Shown here: one piece after another, positions 1 through 6,963 of the stretch
How the letters are laid out: each line of letters begins with the position of its first letter
Position numbering within the stretch: the stretch's first letter is position 1
DNA from: Candidatus Nanohaloarchaea archaeon
GTDB taxonomy: Archaea; Nanohalarchaeota; Nanosalinia; Nanosalinales; Nanosalinaceae
DNA length: 10,076 bases
Reading direction: 5' to 3'
Assembly (NCBI GenBank): GCA_041639695.1
Contig: JBEQBQ010000024.1
Location: forward strand, 1-10,076
Notes under the pieces: model-generated
Databases searched by the model: none
The model's input: only the letters and a program-made list of their open reading frames with translations
What the model was told of the DNA's origin: nothing
Made by a program: the position numbers and the translations under genes

Positions 1-2
1 TC

Positions 3-1100
3 TCCGAGCTAGAACACTTCATCCATCCTCACGACGATGAACCAAACCTGGAGAAGGTTGAAGATGTCGAGCTCACTCTTTACCCAGCAACAGAACAGCA
101 GAAGGATGAAGGCGAGTACAAGCAGATGACAGTCAGGAAAGCTGTCGAGGACAACGTTATCGAGAGCGACTGGGTTGCCTACTACCTCGGTGTCGCGAAG
201 CGTTGGTACAGACGTGTCGGTATCGACATGGACCGTTTCCGTTACCGCCAGCACCTTGAAGGCGAGAGAGCTCACTACGCTTCAGATTGCTGGGATGCAG
301 AGGCAGAGATTGACGGCGACTGGATAGAAATATCCGGTTTCTCGGACAGAGGATGCTACGACCTGAAGAAACACCAGCAACACTCGGAGGAAAGCTACGA
401 GATCTTCGAGCAGTTCGATGAAACTGTGACCGAGGAAAAGGCACAGATTGACCCAGACATGTCCTGGCTTGGACCTACTTACGGCGACCATGCCTCCGAT
501 ATAGTCGATGAGCTTGAGAGAATGGTCGAGGAAGAACCTCAGGTCTTTGAAAGAAAATCTGAGCTGAGGATCGAGTTTGATGAGAAGACTTTCAACGTAC
601 CTGTCGACAAGCTGAACTTCGAGGTTGTTGAGGAGGAGAAGAACGGAAGAAAGATTCTTCCGCACGTCATAGAGCCTTCGTTCGGTGTTGACCGAATCCT
701 CTACGCTGTAATGGATCACAGCTTTGAACAGGATGAAGTTGACGGCGAGGAAAGGACTGTTCTCCAGTTCGATCCAGAGGTAGCACCTTCCCTGGTCGCG
801 GTATTCCCTCTCATGGATAAAGACGGCATGGGAGAGAAAGCCCAGGAAGTGGCGGAAAGACTCCGGAGAAACGGTTTCGAAACACGGTACGACGACTCCG
901 GTGCTATCGGAAGACGTTACCGGAGGCAGGACGAGATCGGTACACCTTACTGTGTGACTGTAGACCATGAAGCTCTGGAGGATGGAACAGTAACTGTCCG
1001 GGACAGGGACTCGACCGAGCAGAAAAGGGTCGATCTCGAAGAACTTGAAAACGTTCTACAACGTCTTGGGGACGGAGAAGTCAGTTTCTCCGACCTCTAA
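3..1100 (+). CDS. glyS: Glycine--tRNA ligase (alpha2 type), 5'-truncated by the window edge
   Basis: Frame is open from nt 3 (SELEHFIHP.., end of motif 2), upstream of the ORF-track start at 126. Contains RYRQHLEGERAHYASDCWDAE, WIEISGFSDRGCYDL, motif 3 PHVIEPSFGVDR and the anticodon-binding domain (YDDSGAIGRRYRRQDEIGTPYCVTVD). Confidence 0.97.
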   Translation, partial: SELEHFIHPHDDEPNLEKVEDVELTLYPATEQQKDEGEYKQMTVRKAVEDNVIESDWVAYYLGVAKRWYRRVGIDMDRFRYRQHLEGERAHYASDCWDAEAEIDGDWIEISGFSDRGCYDLKKHQQHSEESYEIFEQFDETVTEEKAQIDPDMSWLGPTYGDHASDIVDELERMVEEEPQVFERKSELRIEFDEKTFNVPVDKLNFEVVEEEKNGRKILPHVIEPSFGVDRILYAVMDHSFEQDEVDGEERTVLQFDPEVAPSLVAVFPLMDKDGMGEKAQEVAERLRRNGFETRYDDSGAIGRRYRRQDEIGTPYCVTVDHEALEDGTVTVRDRDSTEQKRVDLEELENVLQRLGDGEVSFSDL

Positions 1101-1117
1101 ACTTTTTTCTTTCTTCT
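1101..1117 (+). terminator. Putative archaeal oligo-T terminator of glyS
   Basis: ACTTTTTTCTTTCTTCT directly after the TAA stop. Confidence 0.4.
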
Positions 1118-1161
1118 GTATAGTGCCTATATTGATAAAATAGGGTTCCGCATGGTTGCGT

Positions 1162-2061
1162 ATGGCCGAGTGTTCTAAATGCGGATCTGAAACCATGAGT
1201 TTTACCTGCAAGTACTGCGGTGAGAAATACTGCTCAGAGCACCGGCTGCCAGAAAACCATGACTGTAATGGTTTAGAAGAAGAGATAGAGAAACAGAAGG
1301 AAGAAAGCCAGAAATGGTTCGAGGAAAAAGAAGTGAAGAACCCGGCACCATCAAAAGCAAAACCGAAGAAGCCCTCTCTTATCAAAGATATTTTCAGAAC
1401 CTTCAGGAATAACGCGACTTTGAGCATAATTACAGTTACAACTTTCGCATTCTTCCTTCAGTCGATGGTCGGCGGAGGCCTGCTTGAAGAACCTCTTAGC
1501 TATTTTGTTCTGCAATCACAGCTTTCAGACGTTCTAGCGCAGCCATGGACCCTAATTACCGTCATGTTTATGCACGGCGGCATGTTCCACTTGTTTGCCA
1601 ACATGGTAACATTATACTTCTTCGGAGAACCTATAGAGAAAACGGTGGGGTCCTGGAACTTCCTCAAGTTCTACTTCCTCTCCGGCCTGGCAGCAAGTAT
1701 AGGATTTGTCGCCGTAAGGAACATCCTTTCGCTCTACCAGGGTCTAGGAGTCTTTGGTCCGGCCGTAGGCGCTTCAGGCGCTGTAGTTGCATGCTTCGCG
1801 GCAGTCGCCATGCTTTACCCAAGAGCCGAAGTCCTACTTTACTTTGTGTTCCCGATGAAGATTAAGACCGCTCTCTATGCCTTCGGGGGACTCGAGCTTT
1901 TCAACCTAGTAGCTAAAGCTGCAGGAGTTTACCTTCCTGTGATAGGTGGTTTCGCATCATCAGCACACTTAACCGGAATGATTGTCGGCATATGGTACGG
2001 AAGAAAGTTAAGAGATAAGTATGCGAACCAAAGAGGAGTCTTTGACTTATTTGGAGCATAA
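1162..2061 (+). CDS. Rhomboid intramembrane serine protease with N-terminal AN1-type zinc finger
   Basis: ATG at 1162 (MAECSKCG). AN1 finger CxxC..FTCKYCGEKYCSEHRLPENHDC. Rhomboid motifs PWTLIT..FMHGGMFHLFANM, catalytic GASGA and AHLTG, plus multiple hydrophobic helices. Confidence 0.95.
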   Translation: MAECSKCGSETMSFTCKYCGEKYCSEHRLPENHDCNGLEEEIEKQKEESQKWFEEKEVKNPAPSKAKPKKPSLIKDIFRTFRNNATLSIITVTTFAFFLQSMVGGGLLEEPLSYFVLQSQLSDVLAQPWTLITVMFMHGGMFHLFANMVTLYFFGEPIEKTVGSWNFLKFYFLSGLAASIGFVAVRNILSLYQGLGVFGPAVGASGAVVACFAAVAMLYPRAEVLLYFVFPMKIKTALYAFGGLELFNLVAKAAGVYLPVIGGFASSAHLTGMIVGIWYGRKLRDKYANQRGVFDLFGA

Positions 2062-2095
2062 TATACTTAACTTTTGCAGAACAAAGTTTGGATTG

Positions 2096-2659
2096 ATGGG
2101 AGGCGCAAGCGGAAACGGCTACGGCTTTGGTTCAGATGAAAATGAAGGCGAAAATCGTTACAGAGATCTTCTAAAGCAGGGCAGAGGTGAGAGACCTGTA
2201 GAAGCAGTTCCCGGCACAGGTTTTAGACCCGAACAGCTAAAAAGTTATCCAATGATCAGAGTAGGCCCTAATCTTTATTCCGCGCAGATTGAAGCAGTCT
2301 TCCCATCTGAAGATCAGCGAGATCATATTATAGTAGATCCCAAAGAGATGGAAGATTACACTTCAACAGATAATCCTACCTCTGGAGAATTTGCAGATTC
2401 AGTCGTAACTTACCAGATCCGCGGACTCGAGCATGGAGGAACAATTCATGGAGGAGCTGTTCTATCCTATGAAGATCCAGACCCTTACTTCGATCAGATA
2501 GCGAGGAATAATGATGAACTTGCGGCCATGGAAACTGAAGAATACCCTAACGTAGTGCTAGCCACAAACAAAGGAGAGGGATTTCAGGAAAGAGGGCTTT
2601 CTCAGGTCAGGAGACTTATGGAGAATGAAAATGCGTTAATTCGTGTTTTAGGGAGCTAA
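2096..2659 (+). CDS. Hypothetical acidic protein (187 aa)
   Basis: ATG at 2096 avoids overlap with the rhomboid gene. AT-rich ATACTTAA lies about 28 nt upstream. Acidic composition matches neighbours, and the stop overlaps the endA stop by 4 nt. No family recognised. Confidence 0.75.
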   Translation: MGGASGNGYGFGSDENEGENRYRDLLKQGRGERPVEAVPGTGFRPEQLKSYPMIRVGPNLYSAQIEAVFPSEDQRDHIIVDPKEMEDYTSTDNPTSGEFADSVVTYQIRGLEHGGTIHGGAVLSYEDPDPYFDQIARNNDELAAMETEEYPNVVLATNKGEGFQERGLSQVRRLMENENALIRVLGS

Positions 2660-3201
2660 GGAGTAACACGGTCAACCTCGTAGTAAGTGACCTGTCTCTC
2701 CGAATCAACTACAGCCCACATCATCGTCGCCCTGATATTTTGAGCTAAACGAACAGCTCTAGACATTTCTTGGTAAGGCTGATTGTAGTTCTCGGGCACC
2801 GCATTAACAATCCATTTAGTGTGCTCTCTATCCTCTTTAGGTCCTTCCTTGTACGGGTTGACTCCTCTCGGGTAGACCCTGAAGTGGGCGCCGAACTTGA
2901 ACCCTGTCTTCACAATATAACCTCTCTCCCTTAAATCAGAATAAACCGCATACTTGTGGTCAAAATCCTCATCCAAATCAGAAAACTGCTGGAACATGTC
3001 CTCTCGGGACATAACCTCGTCACCTGAATCAAGAACTTCTAGTTCCTCCCTGTCAACCAAGTGTAACGCTTCAACAAGCGAAAGTTCTAGATACTCTTCA
3101 TCAATATACTTTCCGTAGTATAGTTCAGAGTGAAGTTTTTCGGCGTCCTCGTCGCCCCAGACCTTCACTTTTGCATCAGAGAGTTTTCCTTCAGTTGTCA
3201 T
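2656..3201 (-). CDS. endA: tRNA-splicing (intron) endonuclease, single-unit alpha-type, 181 aa
   Basis: Start MTTEGK at 3201. Motifs LELSLVEALHL, KYAVYSDLRERGYIVKTGFKFGAHFRVY, catalytic Tyr and His (..DREHT..), and C-terminal AVVD..VTYYEV. Collinear with Methanocaldococcus-type EndA. Confidence 0.95.
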   Translation of the reverse strand: MTTEGKLSDAKVKVWGDEDAEKLHSELYYGKYIDEEYLELSLVEALHLVDREELEVLDSGDEVMSREDMFQQFSDLDEDFDHKYAVYSDLRERGYIVKTGFKFGAHFRVYPRGVNPYKEGPKEDREHTKWIVNAVPENYNQPYQEMSRAVRLAQNIRATMMWAVVDSERQVTYYEVDRVTP

Positions 3202-3227
3202 ATTTGTACAAAATCTGTTCACTCTTT

Positions 3228-3788
3228 TTAATCGAGAGGGTTTTCCCATTCAAACTCGTGGTTGTAGACTTCTTCTTTAGCTTTCATGGCCGCAGGGTAT
3301 ACTTCTCCTTGATCCAACCCGGTTTCCTCCGTTGCATACCACGCAGGATTAATCCGGTTCTTGGTCTCAATATATGCCTCCGAATCTTCGAAAACCCATC
3401 CATAGTTCTTGTTATCCATGAAGTAGACAACATTTGTCAATTCTGGTACTCTGACCTCTCTGCCATCAATACTGACTTCAGAATTATTTTGGAGTTCCCC
3501 TGGCTCAAGTCTGTCCCAAGCTTTCTCGTTTCCGGATTCTTTGAAAACATAAGCCTCGACCGCTTCAATACGACCTTCTAAACTTCCTATATGGCTTACA
3601 AAGTCTTTCAAATCTCTGTTAGTTTCCCAGAAAAACGTGTAAATCGGGTCTTCACCGTACTCCTTAGTTTTAACGGCCTCAATACTGAATGGATCCGAAT
3701 CCACCTCAACTATAAAATTCTCACCGTTTTCATCGAGCCTTCCGGTTTTACGTCTCTCAACCTCGAGTTCAGATTCCTGAATAGACAC
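3228..3788 (-). CDS. Hypothetical acidic protein (186 aa)
   Basis: GTG-start ORF with Glu/Asp-rich halophilic composition that fills the gap between the PRTase gene and endA on the same strand. No family recognised; start uncertain. Confidence 0.75.
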   Translation of the reverse strand: MSIQESELEVERRKTGRLDENGENFIVEVDSDPFSIEAVKTKEYGEDPIYTFFWETNRDLKDFVSHIGSLEGRIEAVEAYVFKESGNEKAWDRLEPGELQNNSEVSIDGREVRVPELTNVVYFMDNKNYGWVFEDSEAYIETKNRINPAWYATEETGLDQGEVYPAAMKAKEEVYNHEFEWENPLD

Positions 3789-3836
3789 AACTCTAACTTT
3801 GCATTTTAACTGTTATATTTGAATCGCTTAGTAGCC

Positions 3837-4493
3837 TCAAACGCCATCCATACTTTCTTCCGTGCTAGAACTTTCACGGGCTTCTTCCTCATCCTGATAG
3901 CTGAACTGTTTGGCCTGAACCGTCTGCCACTCTTCCTCCAGATTCTCCCAAGGCAGTAGATGCGAACCTGTTTCGACACCAAGCTCCCTACACTCCTCCT
4001 TGGAAAGCTCTCTCGTTTCATTCGTAAGCCTTCCGTAGAACACCTCATCCGCATATTTATTTTCTTTATGCGAATAATCTATCTGGTCAGCTGCGTAAAG
4101 AATAGTTGCTTCCGGAATCTTCTGTTTGATGTTTTCAGCTGCTTTTCCGGCAGTTGTTCCAAAGCAGCGGTTGTCCTCTGTAAGAAGCAGGACCGGCTCT
4201 TCAGGAAGCTTATCTGAATCGATAGATGAAAGCTGTTTCAGCTCTATCTCCTTTCCTTCTTCTCCCTCGAAAAAGTACTTGTACTGAACCGGCATTATTC
4301 TCAGAACATTCAACTTATAGGCCAGATAAGTTCCAAGAAAGTTTCCGCCACGAAGGATGGGTACAACAGCATCAACCTCGAGATCGTTTTCCTTCAAGTA
4401 CTCCTCGATCTCCTGCTTCATACCGTCCATGTTTTCGACATGTTCCTCCCAGCTTACCCTTTCAAAGTCTTCCTTGGCGAAATCTTCCGACAT
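3837..4493 (-). CDS. Type I phosphoribosyltransferase-fold protein (purine PRT-like)
   Basis: ATG at 4493 (MSEDF). N-terminal VSWEE, DAVVPILRGG PPi loop, PRPP-loop equivalent VLLLTEDNRCFGTTA, C-terminal LPWE as in xanthine/hypoxanthine PRT-like proteins. Confidence 0.8.
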   Translation of the reverse strand: MSEDFAKEDFERVSWEEHVENMDGMKQEIEEYLKENDLEVDAVVPILRGGNFLGTYLAYKLNVLRIMPVQYKYFFEGEEGKEIELKQLSSIDSDKLPEEPVLLLTEDNRCFGTTAGKAAENIKQKIPEATILYAADQIDYSHKENKYADEVFYGRLTNETRELSKEECRELGVETGSHLLPWENLEEEWQTVQAKQFSYQDEEEARESSSTEESMDGV

Positions 4494-4604
4494 ACACAAA
4501 TTAACGCTTCTAAACGTTTTTATTTGTGTTTTCCAACCATTCCGCTGTTCCGTACCGTTTTATCAGGAATTTTATCAAATTTCTCGTAAAAAAAGTTATC
4601 AAGA

Positions 4605-5588
4605 ATGCATTCGCCTTGGAGCGACCTACTCAACAATCTGGAGAACTGGAAGAAGAAAGACGAAGAAGTTTCTCTTGGAGAACAAAACTGGGAGCCTACA
4701 GAGATAATGATGGAGATAAGAGACACAGTAGCCGACGCAAGAGAAACAAAAAGCGATCCGGAGCCTCACGAAATCTGCGAACATACCAGAGAATATATCT
4801 ACGATACAGAGTTTTCGGAAGGGATATTCGATGAGTACTCTAAGGAGGATCTTGAAAACGAGTGGCTAGACCATTTACTGCTCTTCACTGAAAAAGAGGG
4901 AGAGTATGAATTAGAAGATGATAAGTTTGCGAGATGGTACAGCCAGAACGGAAACTGGAGAGGGCTCCGAATTTCTACCGGTCTAGCTCAGGGATGGAAA
5001 ATACATATCTCCGCAGGACCCGACTCAGGCAGAGAGGTCTTAGAAACACTTCAACCGTATATGTTGGAGGAAAGTATCGCCCATAAAGCTAGAGATTCCG
5101 TCAAAACCGTCCAGAACAAGCTGGACGATGACCAGCCAGACAGAGCCAAAAAGTTCTTGACGATCTACCCGGAACCGGATGAAGACATGCTCGTGGACGG
5201 AGAACAGGTCTTCGAGCCGGGGAATGAAGATCTAAACAGGAGGTCGATGACAGCAAATCAGGAAAGAACCGAAGAAGTTATGGAAGAACTATATACCTTA
5301 CTTGCGGAAAACAATCTTCTTGAAGGGGAGACTATCGATGGAAGAAATGGCAGCGAGGTTCAGGTCGGCGATTCACGGGTTCACTTCCGTTACGGAGGAA
5401 TCACAAGGGGGATAGAACCCACAGTTATCGGTGGCAGAGAACAAGTTATAAACACAGACTCAATTTTTGATCCTACTATCAGAGGACTGGATGAAAACTG
5501 CGAACAGATAGGTGGCTATACACACCCGAATAAAATAGCCGGAATCGGTTATATCAACACACCTAAAGGATCATACATCTTCGATTAG
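4605..5588 (+). CDS. Stand-alone phospho-Ser/Thr lyase domain protein (OspF/SpvC, LanKC/LanL/RamC N-terminal lyase-like)
   Basis: Ordered motifs QGWKIHISA (4989-5015), AHK, KFLTIYP and VHFRYGG match class III/IV lanthipeptide lyase motifs (QGWKIHVS..FK..GKFITIYP..YxRYGG). Start may instead be the ATG at 4707. Confidence 0.8.
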   Translation: MHSPWSDLLNNLENWKKKDEEVSLGEQNWEPTEIMMEIRDTVADARETKSDPEPHEICEHTREYIYDTEFSEGIFDEYSKEDLENEWLDHLLLFTEKEGEYELEDDKFARWYSQNGNWRGLRISTGLAQGWKIHISAGPDSGREVLETLQPYMLEESIAHKARDSVKTVQNKLDDDQPDRAKKFLTIYPEPDEDMLVDGEQVFEPGNEDLNRRSMTANQERTEEVMEELYTLLAENNLLEGETIDGRNGSEVQVGDSRVHFRYGGITRGIEPTVIGGREQVINTDSIFDPTIRGLDENCEQIGGYTHPNKIAGIGYINTPKGSYIFD

Positions 5589-6244
5589 AAATCACTGAGA
5601 CCGCTCTGCTCCGACTCCTTCAAAATCCTTTCAGCTGTGCTCCATGAAAGCCTGGTTTCTTCAGGAAGCTCGCCTTTCTCTTCAACGAATTTTTCCAGAA
5701 AGTTGATCGTCGGCTTATCGTGAGGATAACCTGACTTGAAATCGTATCCATACTTCGACTTCAACTCATCAACATGATTTTCTCTAGCACTTTTCGCGAT
5801 GATCGATGCTGCGGAAACAATCGGAAAGTTATCATCGGCTTCATGTTCAGCAGTAAAGTCACGATCCTGGAAACGTGAAGGCAATTCTTTCTTCATCTTC
5901 CTGATGAAACGATCGCCATCCGGTTCCGGAAGGTCAACGATAATCTTGTCGGCATCCGATCTTTCGATAACATCGGTAAAGCCTTGTATCTCGATCTCGT
6001 TCAAAGACATTACTTCACGAAGATCATCGATTTCGGACGCAGTTATCTCTTTCAGGAATGGTTCTCCCACCTCTCTAAGTTCTTCGGCGAGGCGTTCTCT
6101 TTTTTTATCACTAAGTTTCTTCGAGTCTTTGACTCCTAGGTTCTCTACTTCTTCAAGTTTTTCTTCTTCGACCATGAAGCCGCCTATGAACAAGCTTCCG
6201 AGAACCGGCCCGCGGCCTGCCTCGTCCACACCGAGAACTTTCAT
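5585..6244 (-). CDS. rnhB: Ribonuclease HII
   Basis: Start MKVLGVDEAGRGPVLG at 6244. Motifs GVKDSKKL, IIVD, HEADD..VSAASIIAK, SGYPHD, and a C-terminal PIP-box-like QSGLSDF. Confidence 0.98.
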   Translation of the reverse strand: MKVLGVDEAGRGPVLGSLFIGGFMVEEEKLEEVENLGVKDSKKLSDKKRERLAEELREVGEPFLKEITASEIDDLREVMSLNEIEIQGFTDVIERSDADKIIVDLPEPDGDRFIRKMKKELPSRFQDRDFTAEHEADDNFPIVSAASIIAKSARENHVDELKSKYGYDFKSGYPHDKPTINFLEKFVEEKGELPEETRLSWSTAERILKESEQSGLSDF

Positions 6245-6325
6245 AGAATATTTTCGGCCACCATAGCTTTTAGACTTACCTGAACAGAACACTAGATAAG
6301 AAGGATTTCAAGAGGGCTGTCATAC

Positions 6326-6332
6326 TTTAAAA
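6326..6332 (+). promoter_or_regulatory. Putative TATA box for tRNA-iMet
   Basis: TTTAAAA 33-39 nt upstream of the tRNA 5' end. Confidence 0.5.
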
Positions 6333-6364
6333 GATTCACCTGCCGAACTTAGTATGTAGATAAA

Positions 6365-6470
6365 AGCGGGGTGGAGCAGCCAGGAGCAAAACTGCCTCTC
6401 TGAGGCGTTTTACTGCGTGCTCGTCGGGCTCATAACCCGGAGGTCGATGGTTCAAATCCATCCCCCGCTA
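6365..6470 (+). tRNA. Initiator tRNA-Met (CAT) with a 31-nt D-loop intron
   Basis: Acceptor AGCGGGG/CCCCGCT with A1-U72. D stem GAGC/GCTC. Anticodon arm TCGGG-CTCATAA-CCCGG with three G-C pairs (initiator hallmark). T arm GATGG-TTCAAAT-CCATC. Discriminator A6470; CCA not encoded. D loop is 41 nt instead of about 10. Confidence 0.95.
6387..6417 (+). other. Non-canonical tRNA intron (position ~20a/21) in a relaxed bulge-helix-bulge
   Basis: Removing it restores the typical archaeal iMet D loop AGCCAGGAGT. Intron hairpin AAAAC-T-GCCTC-TCT-GAGGC-GTTTT. Central helix CAGG/ACTG (3 pairs plus G.A), bulges AG^C and CG^T, outer helix AGC/GCT. Confidence 0.8.
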
Positions 6471-6650
6471 TCCGACTCTTATACCGTCTAAGCTTTCTAA
6501 TACACCTTCCATTATCGAAACCAATCTCTGTGAACTACTTTGATATTTGCTGCCTCTATTCGTCTGAAATCTAAGCTTGCCTTCTCCTATGTCATAACAT
6601 TCAAATCAAAAATTCTCTATCGACCCATCAACCCGCATTATTTCAACGAA

Positions 6651-6853
6651 CTTTGAACCGGAAGCCGTGTTCCTTATTTAATAAGTACAGAATTTATTTA
6701 TTTCCGGTAGAAATAGATTTTATCGAACTTTCAAGTTCTATAAAGCCATAAAAAGTTTTAAACAGATTTGAAGACTTTCCAAAAAAGTTTATTTAGATAA
6801 AGAGCGATAAAGAATGTATTTAAACTATTCTTGGTTCCGGCTGAACATTCCGG
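6651..6853. repeat. Cluster of TTCCGG / TTC-N5-GAA motifs and palindromes around an AT-rich core
   Basis: TTCCGG at 6702, 6835, 6848 (+) and 6658-6663 (-). Imperfect 26-bp palindrome 6719-6744. GATAAAGA direct repeat at 6796 and 6806. 6721-6830 contains 27 G+C in 110 nt. Confidence 0.45.
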
Positions 6854-6963
6854 GTGTTTCTGGTTTCCGATCCGTTAACTTAAATAAGGTTGTTAGTTCG
6901 TGTATTTATGTTAGGACACTGGGGAGTGTTGATCATGGTGGCAGAAAGGTCGTAGATACAAAA

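Noticed and set aside
9-1865. Alternative ORFs 9-275(-), 157-444(-), 282-968(-), 1056-1427(-), 1545-1865(+)
   Set aside because: They are shadow frames of glyS and the rhomboid gene, with no motifs and non-acidic composition.
1162-2061. AN1 zinc finger-rhomboid fusion as a novelty
   Set aside because: This architecture is already known in haloarchaea (Haloferax RhoII type) and other archaea.
3171-4834. ORFs 3171-3581, 3591-3809, 3806-4054, 3960-4217, 4226-4504, 4357-4707, 4520-4726, 4526-4834
   Set aside because: They are antisense or off-frame overlaps of better supported acidic CDSs.
5799-6266. 155-aa plus-strand ORF
   Set aside because: Ser-rich antisense shadow of rnhB.
6468-6638. Minus-strand frame MRVDGSIENF*FECYDIG..GIRVG with an in-frame TGA (selenocysteine or pseudogene?)
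   Set aside because: It is short, has no recognisable motif or SECIS, and is not acidic, so it is compatible with chance.
6814-6963. 50-codon N-terminal extension of the HypA-like ORF, and uORF MVAERS (6935-6955)
   Set aside because: The extension crosses the repeat/promoter region and is compositionally atypical; HypA length fits a start at 6964. The uORF is too short to support.
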